Shown: piece after piece, positions 27,124 to 37,976 of the stretch
Layout: every line of letters starts with the position of its first letter
Numbering within the stretch: position 1 is the stretch's first letter
NCBI GenBank assembly: GCA_963666215.2
Contig: CAXWPL010000002.1
Location: forward strand, 1-64,000
DNA from: Acidobacteriota bacterium
Lineage (GTDB): Bacteria > Acidobacteriota > UBA890 > WLXD01
DNA: 64,000 nucleotides
Direction of reading: 5' to 3'
Position numbers and translations under genes: made by a program
The notes under the pieces: model-generated
Seen by the model: only the letters and a program-made list of their open reading frames with translations
Told to the model about the DNA's origin: nothing
The model's database searches: none

Positions 27124-28106
27124 GCCGCTGGGTCGCAGTCGCGGCGGTCTGCCTGCTGATCACAGGTTGCGGCTCGCAAGAGCCAGTCACCATTCTGAAA
27201 GCTGCCCTCTCCCAGAATCCGTCGGAGCCGCAGGTGCGAGCCGTCGAGCTATTTGCGGATCTGGTCTCCGAAGGTACCGAGGGCCGTATTCGCGTTCAGG
27301 TCTACCCCAACAACCAGTTGGGCAATCAGCGGGATGTGGTCGAGGGATTGCAGATGGGCAGCATCGAGCTGGCCAACATCGCGAGCGTGATGGCCAGCTT
27401 CGTACCCGAGACCAACCTCTTCGAGTTGCCATTCCTGTTCGACGGGCCGGAGCACTTCGATGCGGTACTGGATTCGCCGATAGGGCAGAGCCTCGCGCCG
27501 GCGTTCGAGCGTCGCGGACTGCACCTGCTGGGCTATTTCGACGTGGGCGAGCGCCACATAATGACCGCCGAGCGCCCAGTCGAACGCCTGGAGGATCTGG
27601 GCGGCCTGAAGATTCGCGTGATGGAGAACCGGTTGCACCTGGCTACCTTCGAGGCATTCGGTGCGAGCCCGCTGCCGATGGCGTACGGCGAGCTGTACAC
27701 GGCGTTGGAACAGGGGGTCATCGACGGTGCGGAAGCGGCAGACCCAAACTATTTCGCCAAGCGGTTCTACGAGGCGGCCCCGTTCTGGGCGCGAGTCGGT
27801 TGGATCCGACTGGTCGAATACGTGGTGATGAGCCGGTCCTTCTACGACAGTCTCTCGGCGCAGGATCGTGCGGCGATCGATCGGGCAGCCCGTGCCATGA
27901 TCCTGCAGCAGAGGGTCTGGTATCGAGCCGAGGCCGACGCGGCCCTCGAGCGGCTTCGGGCTGCGGGCGTGACGATCAGCAGTCCCGACCGAGAGCCCTT
28001 CCGAGCCGCCGCGCGGAGCGTGTATGAAGAGTGGGCCGATCGAGTCGGCGGGATCGCAAGGATCGAAGAGATCCTGAGCCTGGGTGAATCGGGGCCGGCG
28101 AGATAA
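27120..28106 (+). CDS. dctP: TRAP substrate-binding protein (lipoprotein)
   Basis: Lipobox LITGC, YPNNQLG, LKIRV, ELYTALEQGVIDGAE. Confidence 0.9.
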   Translation: MSRWVAVAAVCLLITGCGSQEPVTILKAALSQNPSEPQVRAVELFADLVSEGTEGRIRVQVYPNNQLGNQRDVVEGLQMGSIELANIASVMASFVPETNLFELPFLFDGPEHFDAVLDSPIGQSLAPAFERRGLHLLGYFDVGERHIMTAERPVERLEDLGGLKIRVMENRLHLATFEAFGASPLPMAYGELYTALEQGVIDGAEAADPNYFAKRFYEAAPFWARVGWIRLVEYVVMSRSFYDSLSAQDRAAIDRAARAMILQQRVWYRAEADAALERLRAAGVTISSPDREPFRAAARSVYEEWADRVGGIARIEEILSLGESGPAR

Positions 28107-28142
28107 CGAGAGGACACTGAACGACTGCTGGAGGATTCGATC

Positions 28143-29165
28143 ATGGAATACAAAGCGCTCGGCCGAACCGGCGTGAGGGTATCCGCGATTGCTCTGGGTA
28201 CGGCAAATTTCGCCGACCCGACCCCCGAGGCCGAGGCGACGCAGATTCTGGAGCGCGCGGTCGACGCCGGGATCAACCTGATCGACAGCGGTAACAGCTA
28301 CGCCGACGGGGAGGCGGAGCGGATCATTGGCCGAGTCCTGAAAGGCAGTGGCCTGCGCCAGCAAGTCCTGCTCACCACGAAGGTCTTTCCACCGACGGGA
28401 CCGGGGCCCAACGACCGGGGCAATTCGAGGCTGCACATCATGCGGGCCTGCGAAGACTCCCTCGATCGGTTGCAGACGGACTACATCGACTTCTATTTCA
28501 TCCACCGGTTCGATCCCGATACCCCTCAAGACGAGACGCTGGCCGCCCTCGACGATCTGGTTCGTTCCGGCAAAGTGCGCTACGTCGCCTGCTCGACGCA
28601 CCCCGCCTGGCGGGTAATGGAGGCTCTGGCCATCAGCGAGCAACGTGGCTTTGCCCGGTACTGCTGTGAACAACCTCCCTACAACCTGCTCGACCGGCGC
28701 ATCGAGAACGAACTCGTACCGCTGTGTCTCGAACACGGGTTGGGCCTCATGCCCTGGTCTCCCATGGCCCAGGGTGTGCTTGCGGGCCGCTACACGAATG
28801 CCACGGCTTTTCCCGAAGGCTCGAGGGCCGCGTCCAGAGGCGGGATCTATGCCGAGCGGATCAACCAAGCCGGGATCGATGTGGGCCGCCGGTTCGTGGC
28901 TCTCGCGAAGGAGGCGGGAATCCTGCCGCACCAGCTCGCGGTTCTCTGGGTGAAGGATCAGCCGGGCATTACGGCGCCGATCATCGGTCCGCGTACACTC
29001 GGCCACCTCGACGATCTGATACCCGTTGGCAACATGCGGCTGAGCGATGATGTGCGGCGGGCGTGCGACGAGATTGTTCCGCCGGGCGGCGTGGTGGCGA
29101 ACTTCCATAATTCAGCCGGGTGGGGGGCGCAGAGCCGAACCCCTGGTGTGGCGGACAGGGACTGA
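28143..29165 (+). CDS. Aldo/keto reductase
   Basis: [34 protein letters not shown]. Confidence 0.9.
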   Translation: MEYKALGRTGVRVSAIALGTANFADPTPEAEATQILERAVDAGINLIDSGNSYADGEAERIIGRVLKGSGLRQQVLLTTKVFPPTGPGPNDRGNSRLHIMRACEDSLDRLQTDYIDFYFIHRFDPDTPQDETLAALDDLVRSGKVRYVACSTHPAWRVMEALAISEQRGFARYCCEQPPYNLLDRRIENELVPLCLEHGLGLMPWSPMAQGVLAGRYTNATAFPEGSRAASRGGIYAERINQAGIDVGRRFVALAKEAGILPHQLAVLWVKDQPGITAPIIGPRTLGHLDDLIPVGNMRLSDDVRRACDEIVPPGGVVANFHNSAGWGAQSRTPGVADRD

Positions 29166-29222
29166 GTAGGATCCAACAGCCGAGGCTCGGCGACTCACGT
29201 CGACTTGATTCGAGAGGGGAAG

Positions 29223-29654
29223 ATGGCATCTATACAGCTCGAGTTCGAAAAAGGGGGCGTTTTCACCGCGAGGCTGCTGGAGGATGAGGCGCCCAAGACC
29301 TGCGCCACGATCAAGAGCCGGCTGCCCTTCGAGTACCTTTTCCAGCAGAGCATCGTCTCGGGCCAGGCGATGGTGGCGATCCCGCCCGACCTGACCGTGG
29401 AGCGGGAAAACCAACGTGTTGCCGGCATACCGCCGGGCGCCTTGAGCTTTTTGGTGAAGGACGAACCCGTGCTCGTGCCGGACGAGATCTATATCGCGTA
29501 CGGCATCTTTATTTCCCGAGGCCTCACGGTCGATGCCAAACAACCTGTCAACGTATTCGCCCAGATCGTCGGTGACCTCGACGAGTTGCAGGAGATCGGG
29601 GCGCGGATGATCCGACACGGTGCCGAGATGGTGCGCTTCAGCCTCGCAGCCTGA
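29223..29654 (+). CDS. DUF3830 cyclophilin-like protein
   Basis: ARLLEDEAPKTC...LP...SG..EN...EIYIAYG...VNVFA. Confidence 0.65.
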   Translation: MASIQLEFEKGGVFTARLLEDEAPKTCATIKSRLPFEYLFQQSIVSGQAMVAIPPDLTVERENQRVAGIPPGALSFLVKDEPVLVPDEIYIAYGIFISRGLTVDAKQPVNVFAQIVGDLDELQEIGARMIRHGAEMVRFSLAA

Positions 29655-29667
29655 GAGAGGGGATCGA

Positions 29668-31089
29668 ATGACCGTTCGAGTTGTCGCGCTTTCGATCGTT
29701 GTCGCGTCGGTACTCCTGCCCGCGGGTGGTCCCGCACTCGTCCAGGAAGAAGGCGATTTGCGGGAGTGGAATCACCGGATTCGTCGCGAGAAATTCGACA
29801 GGGTCCTGCCCGAGGTCATGAGGAAGAACGATGTCGACATGTGGATTCACGTGATGCGAGAGAGCATCCCGGATCCATTCGGAGCCGAGGACCTGGGGAG
29901 TACTTCCGGCGTGTTTGTCTTCACCGACCGCGGCGGCGAGCGGATCGAGCGCGCGGTTCTCGGCCGTCGATGGGGAGATTCCCATGCGGCAGAAACGTGG
30001 CGCGTGACCTGGGAGACACGGTTGGTCGAGGAATCAGGGGCCTACGACATCCTCGCGGACCCGGTTCTGGTGAAGCAGCCGCCCGGGGGGCCGGAAACCG
30101 AGTACGACTACCGATTCGAGGGCCTCAGAGAGTTCGTCGAGGAACGTGATCCTGAACGCATCGCGCTGAACTTCATTCTCGACCTGGGACCCTATCCGAC
30201 CACGACGCGAGCACGCGATGGCCTCTCCCATACCGACTACCTCCTGTTGGCCGAGGAGCTCGGCGAGCGCTACGCCGACAGGATCGTCTCGTCGGAAGCC
30301 CTGATCATGGAGTATGTGGCGACTCCGGTGCCGAGCGAGGTCGAGCTTCTAAAGAAGCTGCGTGCGGACGAAGTCGAGCGCATCACGGCGGCGTTCGATC
30401 AGATCGTCCCGGGCACGACGAGGAATCGCGAAGTCGGGCTGACCGTTTTCCGTCGTCGAGGCATCGGAGTGTCACAGAGGGGACGCACTCCGGGGCACGA
30501 GAATGTCGTGATCGAGGGAGGTGACATCCTTGCCGCCCCGAGCCAGGGAATGTACGCCTATGTGCTCCGCGAAGGAGAGTCGGAACCACCTCCGGAGATC
30601 AAGGAGATCTGGGCAACGTATCGAAGGATCGACGAGATCCTGGCCGAGAACGTCAAGGTAGGACTCACGGGTCGGGAGATCGTCGACAACTACACGGCCG
30701 TTCTCGAAGAGGAAGGGATCATCCTCCGCGACGTCCAGTTGCACCTGTTCACCCCGAGGAACGACTTCTCGGCGTACACGGACCCCTTCGAACCCGGAAG
30801 GACCCACCTCAACATCGACCTGCACGCCATGGCGAAGGGAGCGCGGGAGAGGAAGTTCGAGAATTACTTCGGCCCCAGGATCGGCTCGAACGGTCCCGAA
30901 TGGATGTGGGACATACCCCTCCCGCCGAACCACCACTTCGTGCTCGAGTACTTCATCTATATGCCGTGGCCTTCGAGCGAATACGAGAACCAGTACCTGC
31001 TCTGGTGGGATCACGAGCAGGCGATCGCTACCGAGAACGGCGTCGAGTACTTGTCACCGCCGCAAGAGGAGCTTCATCTCATCGGATGA
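29668..31089 (+). CDS. Divergent M24 (Xaa-Pro aminopeptidase-like) secreted protein
   Basis: LPEVMRKNDVDMWI, DPERIALN, DGLSHT, YAYVLREGE; signal peptide. Confidence 0.65.
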   Translation: MTVRVVALSIVVASVLLPAGGPALVQEEGDLREWNHRIRREKFDRVLPEVMRKNDVDMWIHVMRESIPDPFGAEDLGSTSGVFVFTDRGGERIERAVLGRRWGDSHAAETWRVTWETRLVEESGAYDILADPVLVKQPPGGPETEYDYRFEGLREFVEERDPERIALNFILDLGPYPTTTRARDGLSHTDYLLLAEELGERYADRIVSSEALIMEYVATPVPSEVELLKKLRADEVERITAAFDQIVPGTTRNREVGLTVFRRRGIGVSQRGRTPGHENVVIEGGDILAAPSQGMYAYVLREGESEPPPEIKEIWATYRRIDEILAENVKVGLTGREIVDNYTAVLEEEGIILRDVQLHLFTPRNDFSAYTDPFEPGRTHLNIDLHAMAKGARERKFENYFGPRIGSNGPEWMWDIPLPPNHHFVLEYFIYMPWPSSEYENQYLLWWDHEQAIATENGVEYLSPPQEELHLIG

Positions 31090-31125
31090 CGGCAACACTC
31101 AATGTTCTCGCCGGAACATGGAGAG

Positions 31126-31209
31126 TACCGAGGGAGGGACTCGAACCCTCACTCCCTTGCGGGAACCGGATTTTGAATCCGGCGCGTCTGCCAATTCCGC
31201 CACCCCGGC
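31126..31209 (-). tRNA. tRNA-Leu(CAA)
   Basis: GCCGGGGTGGCGGAATTGGCAGACGCG-CCGGA-TTCAAAA-TCCGG, long variable arm, GGTTCGAGTCC; CCA not encoded. Confidence 0.95.
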
Positions 31210-31526
31210 GAGTTGTGCAAGTGAGTGTAGAACAGCGGTTTGCGCGGTGCAGACTCCGTTTCGAGCCCCGCGTTGGCCGGCGGTCGCATGGCGTGAGGGA
31301 GCGGCCCCGCCGCGGCCGTAGGGTGGGGAGGTCAGGCCGCGGCGGAAGCCGACCCTCACCGTCATAGATCGACGTCGAGCCGATAAGTCACGCGCGACCG
31401 CAAGAAAGAGCACAGGGCGGAGATCCTCGGCGAGAGGGACGGTGCCGGACACTCACCGCCCCGTGCCTGCAACGCGTCGCGGTGTGGGATGCTGGCTCCG
31501 TCCTACTCAAACCAAGGAGCTTCGCC

Positions 31527-32969
31527 ATGCCTGATCGTGTGTTCCGTTCGCCCCTGCCAGCCGCTGCGAGAACCCGCCGCTGGTGGTCGAGCACGATCGC
31601 GATCGTCACACTCTTGATATCGGCCACGGCGCCGGCGGCAAACGTTGGCTTGGCGCGCGCGGCCGGTGGGGGAACATCTCAGGCGGGGCCCGCCTTGGCG
31701 CCGGCGCACGTTGCTGGCGTGCAGGCGGTGCTCGACGAGATTTCCGTGGACTCCATGCGGCAGGTGCTGACCGTGCTAGTGGGGTTCGAAAACCGCCACA
31801 CGATGTCGTCGAAAACCGATCCGGAGCGCGGCATCGGGGCGGCGCGGGAGTACATCCTGGAGACATTTCGCGGCTACGGTGGGCGGCTGCAGCCCGCTTT
31901 TGACAGCTACCTCGTCAAGGGCGACGGACGTCGCGTGACCGAGGACGTCGACCTGCGCAACGTGGTCGCGGTGCTGCCGGGGAGCGACCCGGCGGGACTG
32001 GGGCGTGTGCTGATGGTCGGTGGCCACTACGACAGCTCGGCGTTCGGTGGTGACCGCAGTCGGCCGATCGACGAGCACTCGATGCCCGGAGCCGATGACG
32101 ACGGGTCGGGCACGGTGGTGGCCATGGAGCTGGCGCGCATCATGGCCGACTACCCCACCGAGGCGACCATCATCTTTGTCGGCTTCGCCGGTGAAGAGCT
32201 CGGGCTGGTGGGCTCGACGCTGATGGCGCAGCGTATGGCAGGAGAGGGCGCCAACATCGAGGCGATGATCACCAACGACATTGTTGGCTCGCCACTCGGC
32301 GGCGATGGCGAGCTCGACGCGACCCGCGTGCGTGTGTTCTCGGTCGGTCCGGCGGACTCCAAGCCGCGGGCCTGGGCGCGCTACATCCGCAGGACGGCCG
32401 CGACCTACTCGCCGTCGTTCCACGTGGACACGATTTTCCGCTACGACCGGTTTGGTCGCGGCGGCGACCACACGCCGTTCGTTCAAGAGGGCTACGCCGG
32501 CGTGCGGATAACCGAGAGCCACGAATTCTACGAGCGTCAGCACACAGCGGAAGATCTGCTCGAATACGTCGACTTCGACTACCTGGCGTCGGTGGCGCGG
32601 GTCAACGCGGCAGCGCTGGCGTCGCTGGCCAACGCCCCCTCGCCACCGCGCGTCAGCGACGACAACGGCCGACCGACGCTCGGGCGCGGGGAGTCGCGCT
32701 ACGACGCACACCTTCGCTGGGAGGCGAATCCGGAGCCCGACGTGGCTGGCTACACCGTGTGGATGCGGCGTACCACGTCGCCGTTCTGGGAGCGTTCGTG
32801 GAACGTCGGCAACGTTACCGAGCATGTGATGCCGAAGGTGTCCATTGACGACTGGACGTTCGGTGTGCAGGCCGTCGACGCGGACGGTCACGCGAGCCTG
32901 ATCAGCGCGTATGTCTATCCCGGTCGAGAGCGCAGGGTCTACGAGACCAGCCAGCCGAACGAGCGCTAG
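31527..32969 (+). CDS. M28 metallopeptidase with C-terminal FN3-like domain
   Basis: GGHYDS, PGADDDGSG, GEELGL, NDIV, GDH, QHT. Confidence 0.9.
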   Translation: MPDRVFRSPLPAAARTRRWWSSTIAIVTLLISATAPAANVGLARAAGGGTSQAGPALAPAHVAGVQAVLDEISVDSMRQVLTVLVGFENRHTMSSKTDPERGIGAAREYILETFRGYGGRLQPAFDSYLVKGDGRRVTEDVDLRNVVAVLPGSDPAGLGRVLMVGGHYDSSAFGGDRSRPIDEHSMPGADDDGSGTVVAMELARIMADYPTEATIIFVGFAGEELGLVGSTLMAQRMAGEGANIEAMITNDIVGSPLGGDGELDATRVRVFSVGPADSKPRAWARYIRRTAATYSPSFHVDTIFRYDRFGRGGDHTPFVQEGYAGVRITESHEFYERQHTAEDLLEYVDFDYLASVARVNAAALASLANAPSPPRVSDDNGRPTLGRGESRYDAHLRWEANPEPDVAGYTVWMRRTTSPFWERSWNVGNVTEHVMPKVSIDDWTFGVQAVDADGHASLISAYVYPGRERRVYETSQPNER

Positions 32970-32985
32970 CCGACCCGAGGTGCCA

Positions 32986-35191
32986 GTGGAACGACTCGGA
33001 ATCGTGGGCCGGAGCTCCGAAAGCGCTGAGTTGCGCCAAGCGTCCCTGATTGCGGCCGAGAGCCTCACGGATCCGGGGCTCTACATCAACCGGGAACAGA
33101 GCTGGCTCGAGTTCAACAACCGCGTGCTCGACGAGGCCTGCGACCCGGCCTGGCCACTGCTCGAGCGGGTGAAGTTCTTGTCGATCTTCGCCAACAATCT
33201 CGACGAGTTCTTCATGATTCGGGTGTCGGGGCTGCGGCGGCAGCTCGAGGCGGGCGTTGTGGCGGCGCCACCCGACGCCATGACTCCGTCGGAGCAGCTG
33301 GCCGCGATCCGTCGCGACCTGCTGCCCATGCTCGAACGACACTCGGAATGCTGGCATGACCAGCTCCGCCCCGAGCTGCACCGGGCCGGCATTCGTGTGC
33401 GCTCCTATGACGAGCTCGAGAAGAAGCAGCGCCGTTTGTTGCGCCGCTACTTCTGCCGCGAGGTCTTCCCCACGCTCACACCGCTCGCGTTTGATCCAGG
33501 ACATCCCTTCCCGCACATCTCGAACCTGAGCCTGAATCTGCTCGTGCTCCTGGGAGGCGGAGCGGGCGGGGAGCGTGTCGCGCGGGTGGAGATCCCGGGC
33601 TTTCTTCCGCGATTGCTGGCGGTGCCGAGTGAGAAGGACGCCGCCGACGCAGTGTCACCGGGCCTGGTGGCGGCAGGGCGCTCGAATTTCGTCTGGATCG
33701 AAGACGTCGTTGCCGCCAACCTCGACCTGCTTTTCCCCGGGCTCGAGGTCCATGCGTCGTACCCGCTGCGCGTGACGCGAGACGCCGATCAGGACATCGA
33801 AGTCGACGAGGCCGGCGATCTTCTCACCGCCACACAGGAGAACCTGCGGCTGCGTCAGTTCGGCAGCGTGGTGAGGCTCGAGCTGGCGGAATCGGCGGTC
33901 GAGAGCGTACGGGAGCTGCTGGCCGAGAATCTAGGGTTGGCTCCCTACCTGGTCTACTCACTACGGCAACCGATCGGTGCAGCCGACCTCGCTCAGCTCG
34001 TTCAGCTCGACCGTCCCGACCTCAAGGACCCGCCGTTCAAGCCGGCCACGAGTGTCGCGGGCGGTCCCGACGACGACATCTTCGCCACAATCCGCTCGCG
34101 CGACCACCTCCTGTATCACCCCTACGACAGCTTCGCGCCCGTCATCGAGCTCATACGCGCTGCCTCGGAAGACCCCGACGTGTTGGCGATCAAGCAGACG
34201 CTCTATCGCGTGGACACCGACTCGCCGGTGATCGAAACCCTCGTCCGGGCGCGTGAGAACGGCAAGCAGGTTGCAGCGCTTGTTGAGCTCAAGGCGCGCT
34301 TCGACGAGCAGAAGAACATCGAGTGGGCGCGCACTCTCGAGGATGCGGGGGGTGCACGTCGTGTATGGCGTTCTGGGCCTCAAGACCCACGCCAAGATCT
34401 GTCTGATCGCGCGCCGCGAGGCCGACGGGATTCGGCACTATCTGCACCTCGGTACGGGCAACTACAACCCGCAGACCGCCCGGGTTTACACCGACATCAG
34501 CTACCTCACCGCCGATCGCACCCTGGGCTCTGAGGCCGCGCTGCTGTTCAACGCGCTCACTGGCTACGCCGCTCGCGCCGACGAAAACACCTACACACGC
34601 TTGCTGATGGCGCCCGGCGGGATGCGCGCCGGCCTCCTGGCGCTCATCGAGCGCGAGATCGAGGCGCACCGCGAGGCGGGTTCGAAGGGCCACGGGCGCC
34701 TCGTGTTCAAGATGAACTCACTGGTCGACTCGGACTGCATCGCCGCGCTGTACCGCGCGTCGCAGGCGGGGGTGCAGGTCGACCTGATCGTGCGCGGCAT
34801 CTGCTGCCTGCGCCCTGGTGTAGCCGGCCTGAGCGAGAACATCCGGGTTCGCTCCATCGTCGGGCGCTTTCTCGAGCACGCACGCATTTACTACTTCGCC
34901 GGGGGAGGGGAGCCGGGAAAGGAAAAGGCGCTGATTGGCAGCGCCGATCTGATGCCGGGCAACTTCGATCACCGGGTCGAGCTGCTCTTCCCCCTCGACA
35001 GTCCCGAGCTCATCAGTGCATTGCGTCGCAATGTTCTGGAGACGCAGCTCGAAGACACGGCCAATGCGCGCTCCCTGCGTGCCGACGGCGTCTACGAGGA
35101 TCTGGCTTCGCCGGGAGAGGGCTTCGACACGCATGCCTGGATGATCGAAAACCGCCATCGCTGGCTCGAGGCCGAGGGCGAGGGCGACTAG
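32986..35191 (+). CDS. ppk1: Polyphosphate kinase 1, frameshift in G6 run 34347-34352
   Basis: NREQSWLEFN, NLDEFFMIRV, HPFPHISN, ELKARFDE; the next frame has KTHAK, GTGNYN, RFLEHAR. Confidence 0.9.
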
Positions 35192-35192
35192 C

Positions 35193-36235
35193 TGTGTTTT
35201 CTAAGTAGGTTGTTCACATCGGGGCTCACTTCTGAGATCAATGGGGTTGTTCAAAAGACTCCACGACCTCAGAAGGAGCGCCCGATGCAGCTGCATGGTA
35301 ACGCCCGCACGATGCCGTATATACGCCGAGAGATGGTCCGCCGAGTCCGGGAGCGGGCGGAGCCCGTGACGGAAACGGCGGCGGCGCTCGGCGTGTCGGC
35401 TCGAACGGTTTACAAGTGGCTGGATAGATACGAGCGAGAAGGTGAGGCCGGGCTGCTCGATCGATCAAGCCGGCCGACGTGCTGTCCGCACGCAACAAGC
35501 GCTGGAGTTGTGAGGCAGATCGACAAGCTACGTCGGCGGCGACTGACGGCCTGGCAGATCAGCCGAAGGTTGGCTGTGCCGCGCTCGACCGTCTCGGCGT
35601 GGCTGAAGCGGCTCGGACTCGCCAAGCTTGATGCGCTCGAGCCCAAGCCCGAGATCGTTCGCTACGAGTACGAGCACCCCGGTGACCTACTGCACCTGGA
35701 TACGAAGAAACTGGCCCGTATCCGGCGACCTGGACACCGCATCCACGGCGACCGCTCCAAGCGGGCCTACGGCGTCGGCTGGGAGAACGCCCACGTCGCT
35801 ATCGACGATCACTCTCGGGTGGCGTACGTCGAAGTGCTGCCCGCCGAAGACCAACACACCTGCACAGCGTTCCTGCAGCGAGCCGTCGAGCACTTCGCTT
35901 CGATGGGAGTAGCGGTGCGCCGAGTGATGACAGACAACGGGCCTGGCTACGTCTCGAAGCGCTTCAATCGCCTATGCCATCAACTCGAGATCCGGCACAT
36001 TTACACCCGGCCCTACACCCCCAGAACCAACGGCAAAGCCGAACGCTTCATCCGCACACTCAAGGAGCAGTGGGCCTACGGCACCTGCTACCAGACCTCA
36101 GCTCGACGTACTCGAGCTCTACGGCCCTGGCTCAACCACTACAATCGTCACCGCCCCCACGCCGGCATCGGCATGACACCGCCGATCGCTCGGCTCTCAG
36201 GGGTGAGTTCGTGAACAACCTACCTAGAACTCACA
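35193..36235 (+). mobile_element. IS481-family element with 6-bp target duplication ACTAGC
   Basis: Inverted repeats TGTGTTTTCTAAGTAGGTTGTTCAC and GTGAACAACCTACCTAGAACTCACA; ACTAGC at 35187-35192 and 36236-36241. Confidence 0.95.
35285..36214 (+). CDS. IS481 transposase
   Basis: MQLHGNAR, HLDTKKL, TDNG, PRTNGKAERF. Confidence 0.95.
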   Translation: MQLHGNARTMPYIRREMVRRVRERAEPVTETAAALGVSARTVYKWLDRYEREGEAGLLDRSSRPTCCPHATSAGVVRQIDKLRRRRLTAWQISRRLAVPRSTVSAWLKRLGLAKLDALEPKPEIVRYEYEHPGDLLHLDTKKLARIRRPGHRIHGDRSKRAYGVGWENAHVAIDDHSRVAYVEVLPAEDQHTCTAFLQRAVEHFASMGVAVRRVMTDNGPGYVSKRFNRLCHQLEIRHIYTRPYTPRTNGKAERFIRTLKEQWAYGTCYQTSARRTRALRPWLNHYNRHRPHAGIGMTPPIARLSGVSS

Positions 36236-36236
36236 A

Positions 36237-37058
36237 CTAGCGCTCCGGGTTTCCCGGACGGTGATCTTTTCCTTGCTCGTGGCTCGCCGGGTCGAAGAGC
36301 CTCGCGTCGATGCCGCCGTTGATCGTCACGTGTTGGATGACGTTGTACCCGGTCCGCTCGCCGCCCACCCAGTACTCCATTCGGAAAGGCAGCTGGATCG
36401 GGCCCGCCCGGCGATAGTCGCTGAAGCGGTAGACGATCTCGGTCATCTCCTTGCGCTCGGGCGCGCCGGCGAGACGTTCGTGTTGCGGCTGCCCGTGAAG
36501 CAGGCGCGCCTCGATCAAGAGATGCGTGGCGGTGTCGATCACGGCTGTCCAGACGTCGTCCGCGGCAACGCCGACGCCCCGGTCCGCGCGTAGCTCCACG
36601 CGGTAGGCTTGGCGCCCACGCACCTTCTCTTGTCCTGCGCTGCTCGAGATCATGCCCGGGTCGGCCCACTTGAACGGCAGCGCGCGCAGGTAGTACTCGC
36701 CGTGCGCCTGGTAGTAGGCTTCCGCTGCCGCTCCCGGGTCGTTCCGTAGGTTGCCGTCGAGGAGCGCGAAGCCGGCCTCGCCGTCGTGCAGGAAGGTCTG
36801 GATTCCGTCGGACCGTCGCTTGATGAGCAAGGTCTGGAGCCCGCCGCTGCGCTCATCGCGGCGCATGTGCTCCTCGTAGATTTCGTCCCCTGGACGGGCG
36901 GCGATGATCGTCCAGTCGGCGATCGACTGGAAGGCCGTCAGGCCGCCATGTGCCGCGAGGGATCGCGATAGTGGATCTTGTGCCGGCCTGCTCGTCGGAG
37001 CCACCGCGGTCAGGGCGGCTGCGATTGCAACACAGAGTTGGCGAACCCCGAGGGTCAT
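36237..37058 (-). CDS. Secreted hypothetical protein, possibly LolA-like fold
   Basis: Signal peptide, AHGG, LPF, FSDYR motifs. Confidence 0.55.
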   Translation of the reverse strand: MTLGVRQLCVAIAAALTAVAPTSRPAQDPLSRSLAAHGGLTAFQSIADWTIIAARPGDEIYEEHMRRDERSGGLQTLLIKRRSDGIQTFLHDGEAGFALLDGNLRNDPGAAAEAYYQAHGEYYLRALPFKWADPGMISSSAGQEKVRGRQAYRVELRADRGVGVAADDVWTAVIDTATHLLIEARLLHGQPQHERLAGAPERKEMTEIVYRFSDYRRAGPIQLPFRMEYWVGGERTGYNVIQHVTINGGIDARLFDPASHEQGKDHRPGNPER

Positions 37059-37295
37059 GGCGATGCCGGCTGTTTCTATGGCTTTCTTGGCTTTCGTGTT
37101 CCATTCGCGCGCTCACGCGCGCCGGGGCGAGACTAGCATCTGAGTTTTCGAGCGAAGTCGACGCGCGAGCGCTCCACCCAGGGTTCAAGGCCTATCCTCT
37201 CGCCAGCGTCTTTTTCGCCCAGGCCCGTCTCCCGGGGGAGGGGCGGGAGCAGGCCCGCGGCTCACCTCGTTTGCAGAACTCGAACGGAGCTTTCC

Positions 37296-37604
37296 ATGCG
37301 TCTCTACCGCGTTCCGTACTCCACCAATGTCCAGCGCGTCGACATCGCCTTGGCCTACAAGGGCCTCGAGGCGACGGCCGTCGAAGTTCCAGTGGACGAT
37401 CGGTCGGAGCTCGAGCGGGTCAGCGGACAACCGCTGGCTCCCGTGCTGGTCGATGGCGACAACGTTGTGCTGGACTCGTCGGAGATCCTTCGCTATCTCG
37501 AGACCAAGCAGCAAGATCCCGTGGCCGGCGCTACGCCCTCGGGCGCGTCTCCGGTTCGTTTCGATCAGCGTGCCTTTCGCCGAACCAGCGCAGTCCGACG
37601 ATAG
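37296..37604 (+). pseudogene. Glutathione S-transferase N-terminal domain only (truncated)
   Basis: YSTNVQRVDIALAYKGL...SGQPLAPVL.DG...DS..ILRYL; no C-terminal domain, and the frame runs into the convergent gene. Confidence 0.65.
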
Positions 37605-37923
37605 TGCCGAGGATCACGATCCCTCGGCTGGCGTGAAACGGCGAGCCGAGACCTGTCGACAGGTGCGTATAAATCGCGCCGACCATCAGCACGACGAGAG
37701 CAGTGGCCGCCCACCGCGCCGACCGTGGCCACAGAAGCAGGAACGCTCCAGTTGCTTCCCAGATACCGACGAACAGGTTGAAGATCGCGCTGTAACCGAA
37801 CGCTTCGAAGATGGCGATGGCTGAGGGTGCGCGCGTCAGCTTCGGCAGGGCCGACAGCAGGTAGCCCACGGACATCAGCAGGGTCAGGGTCCAGGCGACC
37901 ACACGAGCCGCCTTCGCCGCCAC
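37531..37923 (-). CDS. DoxX-family membrane protein
   Basis: SALPKL, FEAFGY, VGIWE..GA, MVGAIYTHL. Confidence 0.75.
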   Translation of the reverse strand: MAAKAARVVAWTLTLLMSVGYLLSALPKLTRAPSAIAIFEAFGYSAIFNLFVGIWEATGAFLLLWPRSARWAATALVVLMVGAIYTHLSTGLGSPFHASRGIVILGTIVGLRWFGERHADRNEPETRPRA

Positions 37924-37976
37924 GGGATGCCACGTAGTGGGGCCGGACGCAGGAGGAGGTGCTTCGTCAGAAGAGC

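Noticed and set aside
34347-34352. Phase variation or programmed frameshift in ppk1
   Set aside because: A G6 run is short and one extra G is a typical long-read error; it cannot be judged without reads.
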